DNA of 64,000 bases from Lama guanicoe (taxonomy: Eukaryota). How positions within the stretch are numbered: the first letter of the stretch is position 1; each line of letters opens with the position of its first letter. The stretch covers positions 2,416,011-2,480,010 of the forward strand of contig MU054117.1 of assembly GCA_013239625.1 (NCBI GenBank), read 5' to 3'. The position numbers and the translations under genes were made by a program. Under the pieces are notes generated by a model. The model was not told the origin of the DNA. It did not search any database and saw only the letters and a list, made by a program, of their open reading frames with translations. Positions 49,735 through 61,704 of this stretch are shown one piece after another.

Positions 49735-52700
49735 GTAAGGCCCACGGCAGGAGGGCGGGGAGGGCCTAGGGCTGCAGTGGCCCAGCCTTCCCGGAGCTGG
49801 GGCTCTTTTCCCAGTAGGAAAAATCTCTTGGGTTAGGGAGTGGCTGCTTGCGTGTGGAGCCAGCTTGCTTGCTGGTGCTGAGGAAAGTGGGGTTCAGCTT
49901 GTAACCTCTCTTCTGTCTGCGCAGGAAGGGCATTGACTGGGAGGTGTGTGTGTGTGTGCACGGCCAGGCTCACAGCATCCTGGGAGGCACATGCCAGGCT
50001 CCTGCTGTGTTCCCCGCCCTCCGCAGCTCAGAGAGACAGCGCATACCCCAAATCGCATGGCTCAGAGAAGCCAGATTGCCATTCAGGCCCCATTCCTTGA
50101 GAACCAGTGGTCCGGTAGTGCCACTGACCAGAGCCCCTGGGGGGCCGGCAGTGGGAGGCACTGTTGTAGGGTGGGGTTCAATGCTGGGGGAGGGCTGCAG
50201 GAATTCCTTACACCCTCTCCTCTCTGGGTCTGGTGGTTCCTCCCCCTCCCTGGATCAGCCCCATCTTGCAGGCCTGTCTGCCCGCAGGTGACTGCTACGT
50301 GGGGGGCCAGCCTGGGGGGCCAGCCGCTGGCAGGAGTCCCGTCCCCACGGGACTCAGACTTCCTGGCCCCTGGGGCGGGGCCCTCAGGTGAACACTGGAA
50401 GGGGGTGCACTTTCCATCACAGAGGTGTTCACAGCAGAGCTTGGAAGGAGGAGGTAGCATTTGAGGCTTTGACTAGACCAGTAAATCCACCATCATCTCT
50501 TAAAGCAGGGGAAACCCCCTTTCATTTTTCTCCTGAATTAAACGTCAGCCGGATACGTTACCAGAGGAGCTCCTCTGGCCAAAGCTAGGTCGCGAGAAGC
50601 CGGTTAGGGATCCCTCCTCCTAGTCGCCTCTCAGGCCCCATGACTCTCAAAACCGAAAGCGCCCCGGGACGCAGTTTAAAAGCCCCTGGACTGGAGGACC
50701 TCAGAGGCCCCGTCTGGCCCTGTAGTCCACGACCTTGACACTGGAGGCTCTGCGTGCGTGTGTGGGGTCCTCCCCACTGCCCCCTCGGCTCCATTCCCCT
50801 GCATCAGCCCAGCGGCCCCCGCCCCCCACAGCTGCGGCCCAGCCCTCGCTCACTCCTTCGTTCCTGGGACAGCCGGCTGGGCCGCAGCTGTGGTCCTTCC
50901 CTCTCGGGCTGGCACGTGTATCCAGACACCACGGCCCTGGGGGCCACTTGCTCCTCATTCTCTCTCTGGTCAGCCTGTGACTGACCCAACAGGGGACCAG
51001 ACGGAGAGCACATTGTCTGGTGTTCTGTTTGGAGCCGTCGAGGGGAGCTTTTAGTTCCTGCGGGGCCTGGCTGTATGGCCCATGTGTGCTTCCAGGAGCT
51101 GTACCTGTCCTTGGCTGCAGGCTCTGACTTGGGGCCAGGAACAGCCTTCAGTGGACAACTGGACTGGCTTCAAGGGGAGCTGTGAACCCCTTAAATAATA
51201 CGCAGGTTTTCAGATTTTTGAGAAGATTGATCTCAGGATTTTGTCACAGTCTCAAAGGGTTCTGGGGTCCAAAGCACTTAAGCTCCCGGTGGACAGCAAG
51301 GTCAGGTGGAAATCCTTGGGTCACAGGCTTGGTCTGGCCCCGCCCTGCCCCAGGCCACGGGCGCTTGGCCGGCTCACCCACCCGCTCAAGCTCTGTGCAG
51401 CTTCCCTGTCTGTAAAATGACAGGGGTCAGTAAGGTTGTATCTAAGGTCCCCTCCAGCCTCAGAATCCAGTGGCCTGGTCACTGTGCCATTCTCTCCCCA
51501 CCACCGGATCCCTGTGCCGCCCGCTGACCCTGGCCATTCCTTTACACCGGCCACCGGGAAGGGATGCAGGTCACTGGCACTGAGGGTTGGGGCTCTCCAG
51601 CCTCACAGCGCTGTTGCTTGCAGAGGTCTACGGGTTTCCTAGGGCACAGCCTGCCACTCCTTTTGTGTCTTAGAGGGAGGGGTCTGGGCGTGTGTGGCTC
51701 CTCCCTCCTTGGGAAGAGGCAGCCTGAGGCTTTGGTTATCAGAGATGACCCCAGAGCAAGGCCCAAGTTTGGCTACAGAAGGACAGTGGGTTGAGGACAC
51801 CCTAGCACTCAGTGGCCTCCCGGGCACTCAGTCTTGACAGTGGGTGCCATCAGATCCTGGCATGTCCCCTCCTTGGTCTACCGGGTCCCCCAGACCTCAC
51901 AGAGCCCACCGTCATGTGGCCACTCTCAGCACCCTATCCCCTAAATTCTCAGAGCCCCAGTTTCTTCATCTTAAAATGGGGATCCTATAATCCTGCCAGC
52001 CTCACAGGAGTGCTGTGATGTTCAGAACCACAGTGAGAAGACAGCGGTCTTTACCTGCCAGGGCTGTCTCGTGCCACCTGAGCATGAGCGTCCCTGAGAG
52101 GCCGAGTGGAAGGGCCTGGCCCCACAGCCGCACCGCGCAGGACGCTAGGTGCACCCCCTGCACCGACAGGGCCTCCCTCCATGGTGATGCCCACCCACCT
52201 GGCGAGTGAAGTCATGTGCAAACCCAGCTGTGCGCTGCAGGGACCTCCCTCAGCAATCAGCCTGCTTACCACTCAGGACAGATTCGGGTCCCCCCAGCTT
52301 GATTACTAAATAAAGGGCCCACTTACTGTTCCCATTAAAAAAACTCGTCATAAAGATACAGAATTTCTCATCAGAGCTCCCCAGTTGACATAATCCAACC
52401 TCTTAGCCCCAATAATTCTCCTCACCCCGAATAATACTTCTGTCCAGTCTGTATGTGTGGCCTTATTTTGGACAAAGACACAACTCCTGCTAGGTTTTTG
52501 GAAGTAGAGAATGTGTATGGTTGGTGCTGAAGACCACCGGGATGGGGGAGCTCCGGAGGGGACCCACTGGCTCAGACAAGAAAGCACTGTTACCATTAAT
52601 GTTACAGCCAGGGTCATGGTGCTGATTTGTTAAGAGTCTGTGCAGGATGAACCCGTTTTGGGGGGCCTTTGGACCACAGAGGACAGACACTCGGTATTTA

Positions 52701-53160
52701 CATTCTGACGTGAAAGTTCAAGGGCCGTGGGGGGTCAAGGTACAGAGACCCACAGGGCAGGACTGAGGCGGGGGCCACAGGAGACCATCCCTTGTCGCAG
52801 TCCATGTGACCGAGGACGAGCCCTGCTGAGCAGATATGTATGCATCATCTCCCATGAGCCAGTGGGGGTGCAGGAGAGCAAGGCCTGGGTGGTCCCTGTT
52901 CACAGGTGTTCCCACGGTTGGAGAAATGAAAGCTGTGGTCTGGCAGATGGTCTCCAAAATCTCTTTCAACTCTAATGCAATGGGCAGGACAAGAATAGGC
53001 CCTTCTGACAGATGCGGGTGGTGACCACTTACCCAGAGTCCCAGGACAGGCTACCGGCACTGCCGGGACTGGAGCCCGGTCCCTGTCGCCAGCCCGGACC
53101 CGCCTGCCCGAGCCTGCCCTAGAGCCCACCGCTGAGGCCCTCCCTCCGATGTCTCTCCAG

Positions 53161-53289
53161 GATCAGGCAGCTAAGGACAAGGCCCTGCAGAGCATGGCTA
53201 CCCTGTCATCCGCCCAGATCATCTCGGCCACAGCCTTCCACAGTAAAATGGCCCTCACCCGGGGTCCGGGCGACCCGGCAGTCTCAGGG
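53161..53289 (+). CDS. TEAD4: TEAD4 exon 6 (DQAAKDKALQSMATLSSAQIISATAFHSKMALTRGPGDPAVSG)
   Basis: Acceptor ctctccAG, donor GTaagt; 129 nt. Confidence 0.97.
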
Positions 53290-54334
53290 GTAAGTGGGGC
53301 CGCCTGGAGCTGGCGGCCAGACCCCTTGTCCTTCTCGCTCCTCCCCCTGCGAGGGCCGGCCCTGGCCACAGCCACGCTTTCTCAAGTCCTCTCGGGCCGG
53401 GAGAGCCGGGGAAGGAGGGACCAAGGACCGAGGGGCCGCGCAGGTGTTGGAGCTGCCTTCCTGGGGGCCTCGGCCATGACTCGGGCGAAGCTGCCCCGTT
53501 AGCCGGCGACCCTGTGGCTCTAAAGAGTTGGCCCCGAGCTCACGGAAGAGGAAGGTGAGCCCCAGGCTTTGGCACAGCACCGGCAGGTCCTGAGTAGCCC
53601 CTGCTCCGTCCTCAGGTGCTCAGCACTGCTCTCCTTCCGGCTGGAGGCTGATGTCCAGGAACAAACTAACACTTCTCGAATTTTAAACTTCTTGGCCCGA
53701 GAACCGGTCTCTAGGTCGTGGCCAGGTTGTTCCGCACTCAGAAGAGTCCAGAAAGGCCCCTCCTTCCCAGGGCTGTGTCCTCACAAGCTTTTCTGGGCCA
53801 TCAGGACTGAGGGGTCTTCGGGACGTCCCTCTGCACCACCCCCAGCCCGCGGGGAAGGGCAGCCTTAGGCCCTGTGCTCGGCGAGCCTCTGGTCCAGCGT
53901 TTCTCAGTGTGTGTGTGGAGATGGCTAGTTCGGCAGGGTGACAAGCAGATAAGACTGCAGGATGCAGTGACTCCATAAGGGAGATCAGGGCAGTCGGACC
54001 TAAATAGGGTTCTTGGCTCTAGGACCACTCGGAGCCGCGTGTGCCACTGTCACTGTGCACCTCTCTCTGAGGGAGGAGACGAGTGCCGCGTTGGCCGGCC
54101 TGGGGGCCTCTCCCGGGAGCCCCTTGTCGACAGGCATTTCAGAGGCTAGAGTTCCTTGCAGCACGCTTCGGGACGCCGCTCTGCCTGGTTCGAGGCAGTA
54201 GCGTTAACTCTCTCCCACCGCCCCTGGGTCCAGGCTCCAGCCTCGCCCTCCCGCCGAGGCCCCCACCTGGCCTGTCCCTGCACCACTGGCCGCGCACGCG
54301 GAGCCCTGCTGATTCTGCGCTTTTGCCTCCTCAG

Positions 54335-54378
54335 TTTTGGCAAGGAGCTTTGCCGGGCCAAGCCGGGACATCCCACGA
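54335..54378 (+). CDS. TEAD4: TEAD4 exon 7 (FWQGALPGQAGTSHD)
   Basis: Acceptor cctcctcAG, donor GTgagt; 44 nt. Confidence 0.95.
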
Positions 54379-54723
54379 GTGAGTATGGCCGTGGTGCTGC
54401 CCTTGCTCCCGCGACTGCCCTTGGGCCCGTGAACTCATGCTGCGGACCTAGGCCGCAGGGTGGATGGGCCGCGGTCTGGGGCTAGCCTTGTAGGATGGGT
54501 CTGCACTTGGGGATGGGGCTTCCTGCTCTCGGGCACCCTGGGGTGAGACTTGCCGAAGCTCCAGTCTATCTGGGGTATATATGGCAGGGCCCAGGCTTGG
54601 GACCCCAACGGGAGGAAGCTAGAAACCAGCCCTCTGGCTGGCCTGGGAGGGAGGGAAGGGGGCATATCTCGAGACCTGCAACCTGCTCCCAGGCTCACAC
54701 GTCCTCTCTCCCGTCTCCCACAG

Positions 54724-54779
54724 TGTGAAACCTTTCTCTCAACAAACCTACACTGTCCAGCCGTCGCTGCCTCTGCCAG
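54724..54779 (+). CDS. TEAD4: TEAD4 exon 8 (VKPFSQQTYTVQPSLPLPG)
   Basis: Acceptor ctcccacAG, donor GTgggt; 56 nt; phases match neighbours. Confidence 0.95.
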
Positions 54780-55446
54780 GTGGGTGCAGTGTCTGGCCCC
54801 CTCTCACGCCGTACCCTGAAGCTCCTGACCTGGTCCCAGGCCCCGACAGCTGGACACCTCCGGCCCTTTAAGATGCTGCCCCAGCGCCTGCTCAGACTGT
54901 GCACCCCGCCCCCTGGCTCCACCCCAATCCTCTTCCCAGAGCCAAGCACCTTGTCCTCCCCAGCGGGGCTCAGGGCTTGCAGGGCGGGCACAGTCCGAGG
55001 GCCAGGGCCTGTGCCCTAAGTTGGCCACTCCACCTGCATGGGTGCCCCATCCAGCTTGGCTCCTGGAATGGCCTCCCTCTGTGACATCATAGCCCTCTCC
55101 TCCAAGAGGGGGCCCGGAAGAGCACAGCTGTCCCGCCTGGAGCCCCTGGTTAGCAGAGGAAACGCTCCTGGGACAGGAGATGGAGCCTCCGCCCTTGCTG
55201 CCCACGTGACCACCTCTCAGGAGCGTGACCAGCTCCCTGCCCGTTTCCCAGTTCTCAGGAGGGGCCCTCCACCTTCCAATACGCAGCGCAAGACAGCATC
55301 CTCGCCCCTGACCCCCTTTCCCGGCTTGGGAGCGGCCCTGCCTGCCGTCGGGCCTGGCTTTCCCTGCTCTGAGCGCATCCTCCCGCCCTCCTGTCCGTCT
55401 TCTCCCTTCGCGGCTCAGTGTCCTGCCTGGGTTACTGCTGTGGCCT

Positions 55447-55591
55447 TTGTTGTTTTTTTTTTTTCCAATTAAGTTTTTTTTGGAGGAGGAGGTAATTCAA
55501 TTTATTTATTTAACAGAGGGACTGGGGATTGAACCCAGGACTTTGTGCTTGCTAAACACACACTCTACCACTGAGCTACACCCTCCCCCAT
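55447..55591 (-). mobile_element. tRNA-Ala-like SINE (vic-1-like), TSD ctgctg(t/c)ggcct (55435-55446, 55592-55603)
   Basis: ggactggggattgaacccaggactttgtgcttgctaaacacacactctaccactgagctacaccctccccc with poly-T head and 12-bp flanking duplication. Confidence 0.85.
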
Positions 55592-55609
55592 CTGCTGCGG
55601 CCTCTTAAC

Positions 55610-55880
55610 CGGCTCCCCTCTGCCTTCTCATCTCTCCTCTTTCCCCCTGTAACTCGCCCCGTCACCTTGTTAAGGCATCAATCTCATCTTGCTGCTTCTG
55701 GCTTAGAATCCTTCAGTGGCTCCCAGGTGCCTTCAGGATACAGTCTAAGCTCGATCTTCCCTCTCTGTGTCCCTGGGGCAGCATCTGTGACTGGTGGGTG
55801 TCTTCCGTGTGTTAGAGCACGTCCGGGGTGCATACAGCAGTCTCTCGGGAAGTTGAGCTTGAACAAATGAATGAGTGATT
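55610..55880. mobile_element. L2 3' relic
   Basis: atccttcagtggctcccaggtgccttcaggatacagtctaagctc...ttgaacaaatgaatgagtga; more L2-like text at about 56200-56680. Confidence 0.55.
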
Positions 55881-56686
55881 CAGCTCATATGTCAGGTACC
55901 AGCTGGTGTGTCCAGCATGGTCCTCCACCCACCCTTCTGACCGTTTCTTCTGTCTCCTCCCGGGATCCTGACTTACCTGCCTCGCGCACGGGGCTCCCCT
56001 TCCCCAGACTCCCAGCCTGGAAAAGCTGGTGTCACCTGGGGTTCTCCTCACCGCCCTCTCGACCCGTCCCATCGTCACCCAGTGCTGGGGTTCTGCTCCC
56101 TCCTGCGTCCCCTCCTCTTCGCTCCCCTGCCTTCTTCATTTTTCCACTCTGGGAAAAAACACACAAAGACTTCGCTTCCAGTCTGCCTCACCCCTGCCCA
56201 GTCCTTCCTCCATGCCGAATAGGATTCCTCAGAAATGCAAATCTGACCGGTCCACTGCTCCCCTTGAACTCCGGTCACTCTCCTGAGCTCAGGCACAAAC
56301 CTGCCCTTCCCGTCAGGTCTGCCAGACTGAGCCTCTGAGCTCACTGAGCGCCTCACGGCCCCATCCCTTCGCCTCTGCTGTGCCCTCTGCCTGAGGGCCC
56401 GTTCCCCGACTGCACCTGCTGCCTCCTGCTCCTGCGTCACAACTTATTTAAGTGTCACCTTGGGGAGGCCTCTCCTGACCCCTCCACGGTGGACTAGGCA
56501 CTCGCCCGCCGAGCTGAGTGCCTGCCTTGTCAATTTTCATCACGAACATTACGTCCCATGTTCGCAAACCTGCATCGAGTGTCTATTCTGGGCCAGGAGA
56601 GACAGTGACGGGCTCGTGTCACTGTACTGATCTGTTCAGTCATCTCCCTGGCTGGACCAGAAGCTCCTCCAGGGCCAGAACCTAGT

Positions 56687-56753
56687 GGTGGCTGCCCTGG
56701 GAGCCCTTGGTCCAGCCCCGACTCTCCCTCAAGTGCAGTTCTGTGCAGGGCCC
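56687..56753 (+). repeat. Inverted repeat B, arm 1 (intron 8; pairs with 58512-58577)
   Basis: Reverse complement matches 58512-58577 with 5 substitutions and 1 indel over 67 nt. Confidence 0.92.
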
Positions 56754-56932
56754 TGAGCTCCCCACAGGGGCTGCCCTGCACCTCTAGCCAGTGCTTCCCC
56801 CCATCCCCACACTGGGAGGCCCCATTAGGGCAGACAGCAGGCCCCCAGCCGGCATGGGTCCTGGGGGCCTGGCGGGGGGTGCGGCGGGGAGGCCATGTGG
56901 ACGGGTTCCCATGGGCTGTCTTCTACGTGCAG

Positions 56933-57072
56933 GGTTCGAGTCTCCCACAGGACCCGCCCCATCACCCTCCGCGCCCCCAGCACCCCCATGGCAGGGCCGC
57001 AGCGTGGCCAGCTCCAAGCTCTGGATGTTGGAGTTCTCTGCTTTCCTAGAGCGGCAGCAGGACCCCGATACG
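56933..57072 (+). CDS. TEAD4: TEAD4 exon 9 (GFESPTGPAPSPSAPPAPPWQGRSVASSKLWMLEFSAFLERQQDPDT), start of YAP-binding domain
   Basis: Acceptor gtgcAG, donor GTaggt; 140 nt. Confidence 0.97.
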
Positions 57073-58021
57073 GTAGGTCCTGGCTTCTATCTGGCTGCTC
57101 CCGCCCTGGGCCTCTAGCTCCTGTTCCAAGGCTCAGGCCTCCTCGCCCTGCCCCTTGGCCCCGCTCCTCTTGGGGCTGAGTTTTCGGTTCCTTTCCATCC
57201 TCCCCCTGTCCCTGCATCCTCCTGCTTCTCTCTTTCCTCAGCCTCCTTCCCTCTCTCCCTTTCTCCTTTAGTGCTCCCTCCCGAGAGCCCTCCACGGTGC
57301 CTGCCCCATCCAGGCCCAGACCGTAGGGCCCTGTCCCTTCCCTGCTCACTCCACACCTTCCCTCCTCCCAGCCCCATCACCTGTCTGAAGCACCAGTCCA
57401 GCCCCACCCACAGGCTGCCCCGCCCCGTCCCCTTCAGTGTCCGCTGCCCGGCTGACTGGCGTCACCTCTGCAGAGGTCAGAGTAGCACTTGGCCAGGTGG
57501 ACAGGATGCCAGAGCCAGGAGGACTCCACTGACCATTTCACTTTGACACATTCAAACTTTTGTTTTAGGTGAGGAACCCGTTAATCATAGTCTTCCCCCA
57601 GAGCCCAGTGTGAGCCGCCAAGAAATGGATTTTCTCTGGGGTCAGTGAGGTGCCGCAAGGCACACAGAGCCCCCAGCCCCAGCCTCCAAGGGGGAGCACC
57701 TCCCGTGGGCCAGTGGTCCTCCACCACAGACAAGAAAACGGGGCCCAAAGGATGTTTAGTGGCAGAGTCCAGACTCAGAATAACACAAACGGCGACCCCG
57801 TTGTCCCGAACACCCGTGGGGCCGCTACCACGCCAGGTGCCTTCCGCCTGTTGACTCTGCTTTACCGTCAACCCTTCTGCTGGCTGCATTTTACTCGGGG
57901 GGAGCCGAGACCCCCGCAGTGGCGTCCCCTGCCCTGCGCCCTCGGCTGGGCTCTGGGCCCTGGTCTGGTCTGTCTGCGCTGCTGCGCCCGCGGCCGCTCA
58001 GACCAGCTGTTCCGTCCACAG

Positions 58022-58195
58022 TACAACAAGCATCTGTTCGTGCACATCGGCCAGTCGAGCCCCAGCTACAGCGACCCCTACCTCGAAGCCGTGGACATCC
58101 GCCAGATCTACGACAAGTTCCCGGAGAAGAAGGGCGGCCTCAAGGAGCTCTTTGAGCGGGGCCCCTCCAACGCCTTCTTCCTTGTCAAATTCTGG
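58022..58195 (+). CDS. TEAD4: TEAD4 exon 10 ([58 protein letters not shown]); gene continues beyond window
   Basis: Acceptor tccacAG, donor GTgagc; 174 nt; the following exon (ADLN...) is not seen before 64000. Confidence 0.98.
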
Positions 58196-58511
58196 GTGAG
58201 CTCTCGGGTGGCCTCGTCCTTTCTGCCCAGCGCGTTGTCGGCCGCAGGGAGAAAAGAGGAGGAGTGGGCGTGGGGCGGGCAGGACAAGCACGGAGTGGCC
58301 ATCGGGTGGCTGAGGTCAGATCTCTCCTGATGGGGGCGATCACAGCCACGCCCAGCCGGCCAGAGGAGCAGCCTCCAGGGGGCTGTGGTCCGGAGAGAGG
58401 ACCTGCAGGAGACCCCGGAGGGTGGGGGGTAGCCCCCCAGTCACCCGAGGCTTTGAATGCCAAGGCTTCCAGCCAGAGTTGGGCTCAGCCTGGAACTGCT
58501 CAGGCCCCACG

Positions 58512-58577
58512 GGGCCCTGCACAGACTGCGCTTGAGGGAGACTGGGGGCTGGACCAAGGGCTTCCAGGGCAACCACC
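58512..58577 (-). repeat. Inverted repeat B, arm 2 (intron 10)
   Basis: gggccctgcacagactgcgcttgagggagactgggggctggaccaagggcttccagggcaaccacc. Confidence 0.92.
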
Positions 58578-60735
58578 GCGAGGGCTGCACAGAGCTTGGA
58601 GAAGTAGGCTGTCGGGTTAGGTTAGGTCAGCCCCAGGAAAACACCCCGCTTCTCAAACAGCATGGCCTCCGCCGCCCTCCCCGCCTCACCCCTGCAGGGG
58701 GTGTGTGGGTAGAGCCCCCTCCTTTCGAAACCTCCTTGAGACCAGGAGGCTTAGTACCTGTTCCAGGGGCGTACCTTCCCTGCCCGCCTGGAGCCCACAG
58801 AAGGGATGCAGGGAAGAGACAAGTGCAGGGTACACCAGCGGGAGGAAGTGCGGGAACCCCTTCTGGCGGGTGAGGGGTGGGGACGGGGACTGGAGCCTTC
58901 TGGGTGGTTCCAGAGCCCTGAAGCTGGGCCTGGGTGGCCCCACCCACATTCCTCTCCCTGTGTGGTCACCGCACTGGCCGCACCCAGGAGGCAGCTCAGA
59001 GAGGCTCGCCCTTTGTTTGGTCCCAGACCACTTGGATAATCTGAGAGCTGTGCTTACCCTGGAAGGAGGCATGTTCACTCCAAAGTTCACCTGGGATTCC
59101 AGGTGGCCTCCAGGCCCTGGCTGGGCGCTCAGTCTGGCTCTCATCCACAAGCAAGCCCGTGGGGCTGGCTGTCTGCAGAGGAGGCTGGGGCGGAGACCCA
59201 GGGCTGGCCTCTGGAAGAGGTTCAGCGCTCGCACCCTGCAGGACAGCTTGTTCCGCGAGCAGGTGGAGGTTGTCCCCGCGCCTTTGGGGATGTGCACAGT
59301 CTACTAGGCGAAACTGGGAAGGGCTGTCACAGCCTACGGGGGGCTTAAGGAGGCGCCTCCGGAGGGGCTGGTCGTGGGTAAACGTGTGTGAGAGGGAAGA
59401 GTGGTGAGAGGCGAGTCAGATTCTGGAAGGTCCTGATCCTACAAAGGTCTGGATTTTAATCTGTGCTGGGGTGAAAAGTAGGTGACAGTCTCTTCTACTT
59501 TATCTTATTTTAAATCAATGCTTGTTTAGAGTTACTAATACTAAGAGGCTTATGATGAAAAGTGTTAGAGTCTCGTCCCTCTCCTCCCAACCCCAGTCTC
59601 GATCCCAGGAAGTATCACTGTTTATTCTGGACTTTATCGCCTCAGTTCTAAGTAGCATGCTTACAGCCTGACTTTGATATCACGACCATGACATTGCGTA
59701 TTTACGGTCGAAAAATGTTGGCTGTTACATCACTTCTCCCCTCATCATCCCAATTTATCCAATACGTTATGTAATTCAGTCAAAGCAAGAAAGGGTGTAC
59801 GTTTTTTGACCACGTGGACTGACCACCAGAGAGCCAAAAAGTGTTTAATGATTACGGCTTATTTCTTGCACTACTTTTTTTCCCCCTAAAACTAAATGGC
59901 TCATTTCTAAATAAACCTGCTATGAAAATTTTACAAACTGTCCCATCATCACCACCATGTAAATTTTTTTGAATTGTTTTTCCCCACATGCTCAAACCCG
60001 TCAGATAATTTATCCCGTCTCCCTCCCTCCCCCAGGATGCCTCTGTTCGGCTCCAGTTTGAGCTGGTTATCCTCCAGGCCTGCTCGACTGTTGTCCTGAG
60101 ACCTCCTTTCACTGCTCCCCTATATTGAATCCACAGTTTTCTGGATCTCATATTTGGTGTCCCCCCCCCCTCATTTTGTTGGAACACACCCTGTAGTACT
60201 TTCCTGAGAAGATGTGGATGGTACGTAAATGTTCTGAATCTTTGTCTGTTTGCAATGTCATTTATTTTCAGGATGTGATTGAACAGTTTGGGTACAGAAT
60301 CTAGATCATAAATGATTTTCCCTGGAAGGGGTCTTCAGGAATCATTCCTCTGTTCCTCCAGTGCCTTGTCTGGCAAAACCTCATGCTCTGGTCTTGGTTA
60401 CGCACCTCTGGGAGCTTCGCATTCCCTCTCTCTTCCTTATAGTCTTAAATTTCACGTTGATGCGCTTTGGGATCTGTGCTGTTTGTCTTCCTATTTTTGA
60501 GCTAGGCACTTGGTAGTTATTTTTAATCATGAGATGAGAGTCTCTCAGTTTGGTAAATTTACTTATATTATTTCTTTTCCTCTGTTTCCTTTGTGTTCTT
60601 TTCCAGGAACCCCTGTCAGTCTGATGTTGGATGTCCCAGACTTACCCTCTCTGATTTTTTACCACTTCTTTTTATTTTCCAATTCATTTTCTTGGAGATT
60701 TTCTTAACGTTGCCTTCTAGTTAAGAATGAATCTG

Positions 60736-60870
60736 GGGGGAAGGGTATAGCTCAAGTGGTAGAGTGCATGCTCAGCACTCAAGAGGTCCCAGGTTCAATC
60801 CCCAGTACCTCCTCCAGGCAGAAATCAGTAAAGAAACCTAATTACCTCCCCCTCAGAAAACAAACAATAC
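60736..60870 (+). mobile_element. tRNA-Ala-like SINE (vic-1-like), TSD aagaatga(at/gc)ctg (60723-60735, 60871-60883)
   Basis: gggtatagctcaagtggtagagtgcatgctcagcactcaagaggtcccaggttcaatccccagtacctcc has Pol III A and B boxes, then an A-rich tail. Confidence 0.88.
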
Positions 60871-60889
60871 AAGAATGAGCCTGAGTAAA

Positions 60890-61240
60890 TATTGCATAAA
60901 ACCCCAAGTAACATTGGCGTAAATAAATACCCTGTCTTCCTTTTCTGTACAATAAGTCTGAAGGTGAACTGTCCAGGGCTGGCCCAGCAGCTCCATCTTC
61001 AGTGCGTGGCTTCTGCCCTCAAGGTCATGGCTGCTGGGGTTCCAGCCTTCATATCCATTTTCCAGGCATCAGGAAGGGGATGCGAACTTAGTTGCCTTCA
61101 AGGAGACTTCCCAGAAATCTCACACAGCTCTTAACTAGTTGTCTGGTTGCAGGTAGCTGCAAAGGACGCAGGGAAATGTAGTCTTTTAGTTGAGTAAATT
61201 GCTATTCTGAATAAAATCAGGGTTCTGTTTCTACAGAAGA
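60890..61240 (-). mobile_element. Old MaLR LTR relic (MLT1I/J/K-like)
   Basis: atggctgctggggttccagccttcatatccattttccaggcatcaggaaggg...tagctgcaaaggacgcagggaaatgtagtctttt. Confidence 0.6.
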
Positions 61241-61704
61241 TGAAGGACTTTCAGTCACGGATGTGGCAGTTTAATGGATGGCAGTTTTTCCTTAGTGGTT
61301 CGTAAAGTCTTGGTGCGCCGTGTAGCTAGTGGTGATATAGATGAATGGAATGTTCACTCCTTGGCATTCTCTGCCCTGCCTTCTATAGGAAATTTAATTG
61401 TGACCATGAAAGTTTTAATTTTTAGGAGCGCCTTCTTGTTCTTGGCTTGCACCCTGATCTTGCTCCACGGCTAGTTTTTCTCTCGTCTTTCTGGGGATGT
61501 GAAGTGGGGATTATTTTTTTAAGTTTTCTCCTGCTTCCTTGCCTCCTTTTATTTTTTTCCCTTCGAAGGAGATTTATTTAGAAAGAAGGCAAGAGAAAGG
61601 CCAAGAGGTGTGGGGTCGGGTGTTTAAAGAACAAGCAGACACACACTGCATAGTCAGAGCGTGGGCCGTCTCAGAAGGCAAGAGAGAGCGTCTGTCTTTG
61701 CTTC

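Noticed and set aside
60736..60812. tRNA-like sequence with A and B boxes (also 46014, 34508, 55447, 28363)
   Set aside because: Degenerate stems, A-rich tails and TSDs mark these as SINEs, not tRNA genes.
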